Source: a virus
Lineage: Duplodnaviria; Caudoviricetes
Length of the DNA: 58,131 nt
Strand: one strand, 5' to 3'
Virus record (IMG/VR): IMGVR_UViG_3300044630_002552
Coordinates: 1-58,131 of that record
Shown: piece after piece, positions 31,801 through 40,400 of the stretch
Numbering within the stretch: position 1 is the first letter of the stretch
Layout: the number at the start of each line of letters is the position of its first letter
Translations under genes and position numbers: made by a program
Notes under the pieces: generated by a model
Told to the model about the DNA's origin: nothing
The model's database searches: none
What the model saw: only the letters and a program-made list of their open reading frames with translations

Positions 31801-33304
31801 AGGTTCTATAACTCTAACTGTAACACATACTGATAGTGAAGGTACGACTGGTCAAACTAAAACAATAATAGTAAGGGCAACAAAAGTACCAACAGGTGCT
31901 GATGGTGCGGGTGGAACAAGCGGAACAAGTGGTGCAGGTGGTGCAAACGGAACGAGTGGTACGGCTGGAGCAAGGGGAGGTGATGGTCCGGGTATAGTAT
32001 TTAGAGGCCCGTGGAGTTCTTCAATAACTTACAATAGTATTAGTCAAGACCCAACACGTAGAGATGCGGTATTGTATAGTGGAACTTATTATGCAACAAA
32101 AACAAATGCAAGTGCCAACTTAAATAAACAACCCAATACTGAAACTACGTTTTGGGAATCATTGGGTACTGATTCATTTTTTGTAGCTGCTGAAATAATT
32201 ATATCTAAAGAATCATTTGTACAAAACACAATAAACGTTGGAACAAATACAAGTGGTGACTCAAATATTGCTATTGCAGGTGGTACAAACTCTCCATATA
32301 TTTCAATTGGACAAGGGACCAAAGGATATGATAATACAGGTGTATTTATAGGTAGTGATGGTACGAGTGGAAAACTTTCCCTAAAAAGTTCTACAAACTC
32401 CCTACTATGGAATGGTAGTAGTTTAAATATAGTTGGTGGTGGAACATTTACCGGAACATTAAGTATTGGAACTGGTGATAGTATTTTTAAAGCAGATACT
32501 ACCGGTATATATTTGGGTAATGCATCATTTGCTTCTGCACCATTTAGTGTAACCGCTGGGGGTATATTAAAAGCCACATCTGGTACAATTGGTGGGTGGT
32601 TAATTGATACCACTAAAATATACGCATCATCGCCATCCGGAGCCGGCAGTGTTGAATTACAAGCCAATAATAGAAAACTTTTATTTGCTGGAGATGGTTC
32701 AATAGAATTTACTGGTGACGGATTTATTAGTTTCAATTCCCCCGCAGGAAATAATGGAGGAGGTATTAATATACAAAATACTAATTTTGGTATATATGTA
32801 CAAAGAACTGAAACCCCCAATCAAATTACTGCCGGAATTGGTTATAGTACAGCATATGCCGTATTTGGTGATGCGAATGGTAGTGGTGCTAGGTCTGGTG
32901 CATTTTCCGGTGGTAATTTAACTTGTACCAATAACATTATAGCTTTTTATTCCGATGAAAGACTAAAGAATATAATAGGTAATATACCAAATGCATTGGA
33001 TAAGGTAAATAAATTAAATGGATTTTATTATACTAACAATGAATTAGCTAAATCGGTTGGTTATAGTGATGATAAAATACAGGTTGGGGTATCTGCACAA
33101 GAAGTAAACGAGATAATGCCCGAAGTGATTTCACTTGCACCATTTGATATTGAATTTGATGAAGACACTCGAACTGAAAAATCAAAAAGTGGTGAAAACT
33201 ATATGACAGTTCAGTACGATAGATTAGTTCCAATATTAATAGAAGCTATAAAAGAATTATCAAATAAAGTAGAAAATTTAGAAGAAAAATTAAAGAATAA
33301 GTAA
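28889..33304 (+). CDS. Long tail fibre protein with collagen-like segment and C-terminal intramolecular chaperone (peptidase S74)
   Basis: S/T/G-rich beta repeats, Gly-X-Y run, SDERLKN...GVSAQEV...YDRLVPILIEAIKEL. Confidence 0.85.
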   Translation: MAVEVKVAPDNQLELKSVFLEDRRVTSQYFNLTELPDTFTGGKNAFLIAGTDYLEQNTEVLVQIKDATGRVVYTESSDGNPEYYEGISKVIAVYVYPSDSVEQAIDSTAFGPCTITILGELKFYDNNGSKTEVPDIWKGKYNVRYVGTANINPNLANTTRVRFFRRPQATITEILKPIYSTPSGSSPIASAITASYANIKLSRLETFAGDVKRVKVYRSSTSTISDFELIQDIQIEAKELLQTLNATGSVVTDTGFFNSEVLSNFWNSGSLTATLDTNQFVDSTTVKLNGNGNFSYLPKLDLSDVTVYELAFDGFYNGSSQSNLEIHISGSQNGDREIDTIVGFSPTRNLTNYISQFSLPNSEPTASLYFKQTQGNWFLKDISLRASSETVFSPNEVSFIVSMPTNISNETFNFRFEFFDVNNNFIPVSVTGSQTFTGGNNFIASNKLLTFESDRTAFRFSSGSFGNPAFQQVGFSIGRTNLTGSVTYASAAFDTTGNYIVPASYAGTYPGLLTNAGDGGASLTIANFSGSVSSILVGSITYTASCEGFNEFETIYRFEDGENAPGVFVTANTNQFIYKATDLSLNPSGQTITIEAKRKNLASSSTPLTVNSGSGKPSLTYVSTNATNGVDTYTLAGSSYPFLTDETIYSISGSDQFGNQFSDSIKITPVKILDGFSVAVTNENASFPATSTGTIVGDLVASSGSITVKVGNETINYSSGFITNSFSASISSTSGLTANTFNGTNYSINALSADSGSLTLLVKYKDGGGTILSSSKDITYSKVKKAAPILNFVIGNNNQTVTAKSTGEQLDSFINASFSVNEIYNGLTSTKTFTPTSITATNSYTVGSATATSLTLPNMANGTDSVDISITGSVVDSENTTRNVFGNISLSKTKKAVPNIVVTASPQAQSVLANSAGTQTGTLSNVTIAALEGSTNIFTSMVIASTNGFSTPPTVSGATLTMTSAVMNAAEGSITLTVTHTDSEGTTGQTKTIIVRATKVPTGADGAGGTSGTSGAGGANGTSGTAGARGGDGPGIVFRGPWSSSITYNSISQDPTRRDAVLYSGTYYATKTNASANLNKQPNTETTFWESLGTDSFFVAAEIIISKESFVQNTINVGTNTSGDSNIAIAGGTNSPYISIGQGTKGYDNTGVFIGSDGTSGKLSLKSSTNSLLWNGSSLNIVGGGTFTGTLSIGTGDSIFKADTTGIYLGNASFASAPFSVTAGGILKATSGTIGGWLIDTTKIYASSPSGAGSVELQANNRKLLFAGDGSIEFTGDGFISFNSPAGNNGGGINIQNTNFGIYVQRTETPNQITAGIGYSTAYAVFGDANGSGARSGAFSGGNLTCTNNIIAFYSDERLKNIIGNIPNALDKVNKLNGFYYTNNELAKSVGYSDDKIQVGVSAQEVNEIMPEVISLAPFDIEFDEDTRTEKSKSGENYMTVQYDRLVPILIEAIKELSNKVENLEEKLKNK
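31895..31993 (+). repeat. Collagen-like Gly-X-Y repeat in the tail fibre
   Basis: GADGAGGTSGTSGAGGANGTSGTAGARGGDGPG. Confidence 0.8.
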
Positions 33305-34257
33305 TGGCATTACCAGCATCCGGCGAAATATCATTTGCTTTGTTTAATACTGATAGGGGAATTGCATTCAATACGGAAATTGATATGGCAAGTGCTGGTA
33401 CTGTATATGGGGTATCATATGTAACCAATGGTAGTAATGATTTAAGAATGGATGAGTTTTATGGTAAAAGCGCAGGTGGTACTACAACAACAACTACGGC
33501 AGCACCAACAACTACTACAACAACGGCTGCACCAACAACAACTACAACAACGGCGGGACCAACCACTACTACAACAACGGCTGCACCAACTACAACGACA
33601 ACAACGGCTGCACCAACTACAACGACAACAACGGCTGCACCAACAACTACTACAACTACAACTACAACTTTACCTCCATTGAATATGACAATATCACAAG
33701 GATGTACTGGATATTTGGGAACTGGATTTATTAATATAACGGGTGTAAATAATGGGTCTGGTAATTATGTTTATCATATCGGTAATTCGGTGATTGATTT
33801 TAGTAATCCTAATGAATATAGTTTAACCCAGAGTCAATTTGGATTAGCAAATGGAAATTATTATGTTGCTGTATATGATAGTTCATATTTAATATATGTG
33901 GTTGAAATTAGAAATATTAATTGTGCAGTAGAACCAACAACTACTACAACAACTACGACTACCACTACAACAACTACAACAACAGCGGCACCAACGACAA
34001 CTACTACAACAACTACGGCAGCACCAACAACTACTACAACAACTACAACAACAACTGCTGGTCCTGATTGCCAGTTTTATTTCTTGTCTAATAGTGATGA
34101 ATTTGCAGATTATTATGATTATCAATCTTGCGATGGTACTTGGAATTATGGTGTAGAACTACAAGGAGGAGGTAGCCTAACAATTTGTGCAAGAATTGGA
34201 ACGGTAAGTGCGGGGGGAGCAATAACGGTTAATGGGCCACAAGGAAGTTGTTCATAA
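33304..34257 (+). CDS. Mucin-like Thr-rich protein, putative tail-fibre tip/adhesin
   Basis: MALPASGEIS...MDEFYGKS N-terminal domain, two AAPTTTTTT repeat blocks, Cys-containing globular domains; TAATG-coupled to the fibre gene. Confidence 0.7.
   Translation: MALPASGEISFALFNTDRGIAFNTEIDMASAGTVYGVSYVTNGSNDLRMDEFYGKSAGGTTTTTTAAPTTTTTTAAPTTTTTTAGPTTTTTTAAPTTTTTTAAPTTTTTTAAPTTTTTTTTTLPPLNMTISQGCTGYLGTGFINITGVNNGSGNYVYHIGNSVIDFSNPNEYSLTQSQFGLANGNYYVAVYDSSYLIYVVEIRNINCAVEPTTTTTTTTTTTTTTTTAAPTTTTTTTTAAPTTTTTTTTTTAGPDCQFYFLSNSDEFADYYDYQSCDGTWNYGVELQGGGSLTICARIGTVSAGGAITVNGPQGSCS
33481..33669 (+). repeat. Coding tandem repeat, ~27-nt unit (AAPTTTTTT), block 1
   Basis: Repeated gc(a/t)gcacca-ac(a/t)... 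units seen directly. Confidence 0.9.
33934..34059 (+). repeat. Coding poly-Thr/AAP repeat, block 2
   Basis: ACN codon runs interrupted by gcgcacca-type units. Confidence 0.9.
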
Positions 34258-34258
34258 T

Positions 34259-34342
34259 ATGAGATACATCTACTATCAACCATCAAAAGTATATGTTACA
34301 AACATTAATAGTTCTACAATAGTTGTAAGAACTTATCCATAA
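34259..34342 (+). CDS. Small 27-aa ORF (MRYIYYQPSKVYVTNINSSTIVVRTYP)
   Basis: Fills the gap: ATG 1 nt after the upstream stop, TAA 12 nt before the next ATG. Confidence 0.4.
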   Translation: MRYIYYQPSKVYVTNINSSTIVVRTYP

Positions 34343-34354
34343 AATAAAAAAGTT

Positions 34355-35326
34355 ATGAAAAATTTAAGATTTATATGTGCGCAACCTGCTAATTTATACT
34401 ATACTTGGCAGGTTGAAACAATGCTTACCAACTTTATCGAAATGGGAATAAATCCGAATAACATAGATATTGTATGTTGGAAAGAAAAAGGTGTAATACC
34501 GGAAGAATGGAGTAAATTGGCAAATGGATATGCAGCACGTTTCTTTTTCTATGATGATACAAGACAGACGAAACATTATATTTCATCAATCAGACCGAAC
34601 ATCTTAAAGCAACATTTTTTACAACATCCGTATTTAAAAGAAGAATCAATATTCTACCACGATTCAGATATTATCTTTACTAAACCAATTAAAGATTGGA
34701 TTACATATGAAATGATAAATGATAATAGTTGGTATGGTTCAGATACGCGTTGGTACATTGCACACTCATACATTAAATCCAAAGGACAAGATGTAATAGA
34801 TGCGATGTGTAAGATAATGGATTTACCTGAATCTTTAATTGAACATAATGAGTTAAATTCTATTGGAGCACAATATCTAATGAAAGGTATAGATTATAAT
34901 TTTTGGAATAGAGTTGAAATAGATTCCGAATTATTATATAAAAATATTACAGATTTAAATACTGAAAAAGTTATTGAGGATAGAAGAACAATGTCACCCG
35001 GCGAAGAAAGAGCCCCATATCACCCTTTACAAATATGGTGTGCAGATATGTGGGCAGTATTATGGGGTGGGTGGAGATTAGGATACACTACAAATTGCCA
35101 TTCTAATTTTGATTTTAGTTGGGCAACATCTAATGAAGATGATTACTTTAAGATGAATATATTTCACAACGCCGGAGTAACATCAAATGAGCATGGTAAA
35201 TTTTACAAAGCAAATTATATTAATTCATTACCATATAATGAAGAATTAAAAATAACACCCAATACAGCAAGTTGGCATTATTGGAATTGGATACGAAAAA
35301 CAAAACAAAAATCAGTTTTATTATGA
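34355..35326 (+). CDS. Putative glycosyltransferase resembling plant peptide O-glycosyltransferases (GT95 HPAT / GT96 SERGT-like)
   Basis: YYTWQVE, YISSIRP, YHDSDIIF (DxD), GAQYL and WCADMWAV occur in the order recalled for HPAT/SERGT motifs; recognised by eye. Confidence 0.55.
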   Translation: MKNLRFICAQPANLYYTWQVETMLTNFIEMGINPNNIDIVCWKEKGVIPEEWSKLANGYAARFFFYDDTRQTKHYISSIRPNILKQHFLQHPYLKEESIFYHDSDIIFTKPIKDWITYEMINDNSWYGSDTRWYIAHSYIKSKGQDVIDAMCKIMDLPESLIEHNELNSIGAQYLMKGIDYNFWNRVEIDSELLYKNITDLNTEKVIEDRRTMSPGEERAPYHPLQIWCADMWAVLWGGWRLGYTTNCHSNFDFSWATSNEDDYFKMNIFHNAGVTSNEHGKFYKANYINSLPYNEELKITPNTASWHYWNWIRKTKQKSVLL

Positions 35327-36294
35327 GTAAAAGTTATAGTGTATTTGTTGATGATATGTATTATTGTGATTTTATAGCATTATATAATAGTTGGAAATAT
35401 TATGAAAATAAAATACCTTTAAAAGTATATTTACATCGTGGTATTGATAATAAAAAATTAAACACTATTAAAAAATATTGTGAAGTAATTGAAATAGAAT
35501 GTGGCGAATTTAATGATACGGATTGGAATGGTAAATGTTTATTCAAATATGTTGGATTATTAAAACATATGTCCGATTGTGAAATAGTATTAGATGCGGA
35601 TACTATATTTTTATCAAATATGGATTATTTGTTTGATTATATAGAAGACGGAAAAATAATTGGTTCGGTTGAAAATGATTGTGATTTTATTCATAGAGTC
35701 TATTATAAAACAGAAGAAGAATTGGAAATTGCAAATACAACTATTAAAAATGAATTAAGAAAAACATTAGGAAATGTTATAGATAATTATTCTTTGGATT
35801 TTGAACATAAAATTTATAATGGTGGATTTTTAGGATTTAATAAAATAAAACATTCACATCTTTTGGAAAAAACTATAAAATTGTTATCAGATGAATTTAA
35901 AGATATACGCAATCCAATATTTGACAATGAACAATATATGGTTAATTTTTTAATAGCGTTATACAATGAAGAAGTGGTAGGATTACCATATAGTGAATGG
36001 ATGAATACTTGGGATAGTCATAAAAACCCTAAAAAAATAATAAAAGTAGATGATGGAAAATTGACTTTATATAATGAAAATAGTAATAGAATAAATTTTT
36101 ACCATTTTACGGGGGGAATTGGAATGCCATACGGAGAGCAACAATTACCATATTCATGTAGACCACATCAATTATATAATAACGAACCACGTGAAATAAA
36201 ATTTAAAAGAGAAGATGTTGAAAAATTATGGTACGAAATACACCAGACACCTGTATTGTTATTATATGAATTTTTTTACAATAAAGGTTTTTAA
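35323..36294 (+). CDS. Glycosyltransferase family 8-like
   Basis: LDADTIF (DxD), YNGGFLGF, DNEQYMVN, YHFTGG; ATG 35323 gives an ATGA overlap with the upstream stop. Confidence 0.7.
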   Translation: MSKSYSVFVDDMYYCDFIALYNSWKYYENKIPLKVYLHRGIDNKKLNTIKKYCEVIEIECGEFNDTDWNGKCLFKYVGLLKHMSDCEIVLDADTIFLSNMDYLFDYIEDGKIIGSVENDCDFIHRVYYKTEEELEIANTTIKNELRKTLGNVIDNYSLDFEHKIYNGGFLGFNKIKHSHLLEKTIKLLSDEFKDIRNPIFDNEQYMVNFLIALYNEEVVGLPYSEWMNTWDSHKNPKKIIKVDDGKLTLYNENSNRINFYHFTGGIGMPYGEQQLPYSCRPHQLYNNEPREIKFKREDVEKLWYEIHQTPVLLLYEFFYNKGF

Positions 36295-36304
36295 TAAATA
36301 AATT

Positions 36305-36404
36305 ATAATAGGATACATAAAAAATAAGTTTCAACAATACAAAATAAATAAGCTATGATAGAACACATACAAAATCAGTTTCAACAATACAAAATTAATC
36401 AGTT
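36305..36404 (+). repeat. Imperfect 50-nt tandem duplication of the radical SAM gene 5' end
   Basis: 36305-36354 vs 36355-36404: 42/50 identical by manual alignment. Confidence 0.85.
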
Positions 36405-37389
36405 GCAATTAGACCCATTTGGAGTTTGTAATGCAAAATGTTGGTTTTGTCCAGTTGTTTTAAAAGGAAATCCAAAAGAGGGAAGAGAAGTAATGAGTCC
36501 GGAACTATTGGAAAAAATCATTAAAAATCTAATAGATGAAAGGGAAAAGGATAATGGTTTGGTAACTAAAAGTTTTGGTGGTTTTTATACTGCACATTAT
36601 AATGAAATTTTATTGTATCCACATTTTGAAGAATTATTACAAATATGTCAAAAATACAAATTATGTTTTATGGTTTTATCAAATGGTGCAACACTTACTC
36701 CTGAAAAAGTTGATTTAATAAACAAATATAAAGGTGTAGTAAACGGTATATGCTTAAATGTTCCCGCATTTGAAAGAGAATTATGGAGTAAAAGAGCAGG
36801 AGTAAATCCTAAATTATTTGATAAATTAATATCAAATATTGAATATGCTATTGATAATTTACCATTAATGGTTCAATATAAAACAATGTCAATTCAAATA
36901 AACGGTGCAAATGAATATTCTTTTGAAGAAAAAGGTGGTTGGCTAACAAAAGGTCCTGATTTTCCATCGGATATGGATTTAGACCCAATAACTGGTGAAT
37001 TGGCAACACAGGAAAAGTTAGCAAGAGAATTATTTCCAACTATGCAAATATTTTCAGTTCCATCGTTAGTAGATAGAGCAGGTGAATTAGATAGTATAAT
37101 GAGTAATAAATCATCTATAATTCGTAATTTACAAAGTGGAGATGAAACTAAAAAAGTAGTTAGTTGTGGAAATGGTAGAGAAGTTGGTGGTAGACCTGTT
37201 GGTTGGATTCATGTAAATGCAGCAGGAAAGGCATTTTTATGTTGTAATGATTATGATATGGAAATCGTAATTGGTGATTTTAAAAGCCAAGAATTATCAG
37301 ATTTTTGGGGTAACGAAGAGCATGTGGAATTAGTAAAAAAATCTTATGAAACCATATGTAGAACGTGTGCTTCTGCAATTTTTGAATAA
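36355..37389 (+). CDS. Radical SAM enzyme with SPASM/twitch domain
   Basis: CNAKCWFC (CX3CX2C), SNG, C-terminal C...G..FLCCND...IGD...CRTC. Confidence 0.9.
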   Translation: MIEHIQNQFQQYKINQLQLDPFGVCNAKCWFCPVVLKGNPKEGREVMSPELLEKIIKNLIDEREKDNGLVTKSFGGFYTAHYNEILLYPHFEELLQICQKYKLCFMVLSNGATLTPEKVDLINKYKGVVNGICLNVPAFERELWSKRAGVNPKLFDKLISNIEYAIDNLPLMVQYKTMSIQINGANEYSFEEKGGWLTKGPDFPSDMDLDPITGELATQEKLARELFPTMQIFSVPSLVDRAGELDSIMSNKSSIIRNLQSGDETKKVVSCGNGREVGGRPVGWIHVNAAGKAFLCCNDYDMEIVIGDFKSQELSDFWGNEEHVELVKKSYETICRTCASAIFE

Positions 37390-37449
37390 TCATAAGTACG
37401 ATGCCCCCGCTTATACTTTGTACAGAAAACTTATTTAATAAAAAAGTAT

Positions 37450-37458
37450 ATATTTATA
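37450..37458 (+). promoter_or_regulatory. Putative late promoter motif ATATTTATA
   Basis: Recurrent motif, 4 nt before ATG 37463. Confidence 0.6.
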
Positions 37459-37462
37459 GTAT

Positions 37463-40400
37463 ATGAATGAATTATCAAACTATTTAGTGGAAACTTTCTT
37501 ACTGACTGAATCGGTAAAGGAAAAGGTAGTTATATTTGGGGGTAGATTTCAACCATTTCATGCAGGACACTACAAAACATACAAACATCTTTGTTCTGTA
37601 TTTGGAGCAAAGAATGTATATATTGCAACATCAAATGTGCAAGACTCAAATAAATCACCACTTTCTTTTAATGAGAAACGCGATATTGCAGTTAAAGTAT
37701 TTGGTGTTTCACCATCAAAATTCATTCAAGTAAAATCCCCATATCAACCAGTAGAAATATTACGTGATTTTAATCAAACAACAACTGCACTTATTATAGC
37801 ATTAGGTGAAAAAGATGCAATGCGTTTAGGTGGACAATATTTCAAACCTTATAAAAACGATAAGGATATGGAAGGTTATATGACAAAGGGATATGTGTAT
37901 TCTAAAACACCATCAAATTCATTTGGAGCAACGGATGTTAGAAATATGTTCCGTAGTAATCTTTCAGCAGATGAAAAAGAAAAACAATTCCAAAAGTTCT
38001 TTGGCAAATACAATAAAGATGTATTCCAAATGTTAAATAAAGGATTGAATGAAGAAAAGGAATTTATACCTGGTGGATTATCCAAAGGTATGACGTTGGC
38101 TCAAATTGCTGATAAACATAAAGTAGATTTAGATACTATAAAGAAAGAGTTTAAAAAGGGTGTAAATACAGAAATGGAACACACTACTGATATTAGAATA
38201 GCATCGGAGATTGCAAAAGACCATATATTTGAAGACCCTAAATACTACGATAAGTTAATGACAATTGAGGGCGATATTGATTATGAACCAGACTCGGTAG
38301 ATTGGGACAACATAATGAATATGGAAATTGCTGACCCGGCAACTGGTAAGAAATATCGTATCAAAGATGCTCTTAAATTGGATAGAGTAGAGTTTGCAAG
38401 ACAAGAAGCAATGCGAGTTCTTCGTGTTCATGCTTTGATGGATAAAAGACAAGTTCCAGGAAACATAGAGAAAGGACAAAAATCCCCAAAGAGTGATAAA
38501 GTAAATCAGGTCAATCTAGCATTATATAATTCATATGGTGAAGGTATTGTAAAAGAAGCATCTGTAAAAGGTAGTGGATATTCACCACAAATCTTAAACC
38601 AATTAGTAAAGAATCCAGATACAGGTGAAGATATTAAAGTAAGTTCTGCATTAAACTACGATAGAGACCACCCGGCTTACAAAGCAGCAATGATGTTGGT
38701 TGCTAAAATGGGTGGCTCGGATAGACAAAAACTACAAAAGGTTAAACAAAAAGCACAATCTCCATCTGTTGCAAAAAGTGGAGAAACAGATAATAAAGCA
38801 TCGGTTGGAAAAGTTGCTAAAACCGCAGTATCTAATCCAAAAGCAGTAGTTAGAGCAATAGGTCAAAAAATAAAAAAGTGGAGTGAAAAAGAAAAAGAAT
38901 TTTTCAAAGGAGCACATGCACCACAATCAAAAGAAAGACGTAGTGTTGGACAATGGATTGGAGATAAGGCAAATGGTATTGTAAAAGGTGTAGTTAGAGA
39001 AGCAAAGCATTTAGGACACGAAATAAAAGAAGCTGGGGAAGGATTTAAAGCAGTTTTCTCTGGTAAAAAACCAGATGAAAAACAAAAGAAAGCAATGATT
39101 GGTGTTGCTAAAACAGTAGGTTTGACTGTTGGTAGTATGTTATTGACGGGTGGTATCAGCGCACTTGCAGTAGGACCTACAAAACTAATGGCAGGTGTAG
39201 GTTTACACCTTGCTGAACATATGATGGGTGAGGTATTAGCTGGTGGAGTTATAAAAGCAGCATTAAATGCCGGTGTAGAAACTATTACAGATGAAACTTA
39301 CATCGAATACTTTACATTACAACTTGCCGATAACATAATGAATGGTGCTATACCAGCTACCGTTTGGGCAAAGGTAGTTGATGGGTATAACAAAGATAAG
39401 GAAAGTGGTAAGGTTAGTGAAAAAGATTGGGAAGGTCCAAATGAGCTAAAAGAAATGGCAAAGGTTGATATGGATAAAGTTGAGAAATATGCAGATTCTC
39501 AATTATCTCCAGAAGATGTTGTTTTAGGAAAAGAAACAGACCATTTTTTCCAAAGATTAAATGACCCTCGTAATGGTAAAGAAATATCACCAGCAGAACT
39601 AACTGGTTTCTTTAAAAGATTAGCAAAAAATAAGAAAAAGTTTTTAGAATTTGTAAAACAATACAATGAATTTGTAGTAAAAGATAAAAGAACAGGTATC
39701 AACATTCCATTTATGGTTCAAGCAAACAAATTGATTGCTAAAACTATAATGAGAAAAGATGATTTCAAATCATCAACACCTGTTTATACAACTGAAACTA
39801 AACTTAATGAAATATCAAAAGGTATATTTGGTGGAACAATTAAAATTGGTGGACAACCTGTAAAGATTGAAGTTGAATTGATTGGTGCAGATAATAAGAC
39901 AAGAGAGTTCGTTACAAAAGTGGTTCACATAGATAGTAAGTATTTCAGTAAATTACCAATAGGTTCTACATTTAGAATACCAGCAAGATTATTTACAACA
40001 CCGGGTGGTGGTTGGTACAAAGTAAAACATAGTGCGTTTGAAGCTATAAATACAAAAAACCACGAACCTCACGGAACTGCCGATAATAACTTTAATCACC
40101 ATCACAAAACATCAACATATGCACCAGATTATGGGTATGAACCTGAATTGGATACAATAGATTTTGATGATGATAATAGAAAAAAAGAACCTGGTCATCA
40201 AACTGATACAAAAGATACTCAAAATCGTGGATACGAACCTATTAAAAAATCCGTAAAAGAAAGTTTAATAATGGAAGGTGGTGCTTATGGACATATGAAC
40301 CATCCATTTGATACTGATATAAACCTAACATTCAAAGATTTAAAAACCATTGTAAGTAAAGCATTGGATGGTTCATTGGGTGTTGTTAGAGAAAAAACCG

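Noticed and set aside
32089-32820. 243-aa minus-strand ORF and the other minus-strand ORFs
   Set aside because: They overlap well-supported + strand genes and show no recognisable motifs; no credible minus-strand gene was found
33452-33682. Gln-rich alternative-frame ORF, plus the Cys-rich antisense ORF 33889-34125
   Set aside because: Frame-shifted and antisense shadows of the ACN repeats
33481-34059. Thr-codon repeats as a CRISPR array or non-coding satellite
   Set aside because: No unique spacers; units are in frame and vary at third codon positions, indicating protein-level selection
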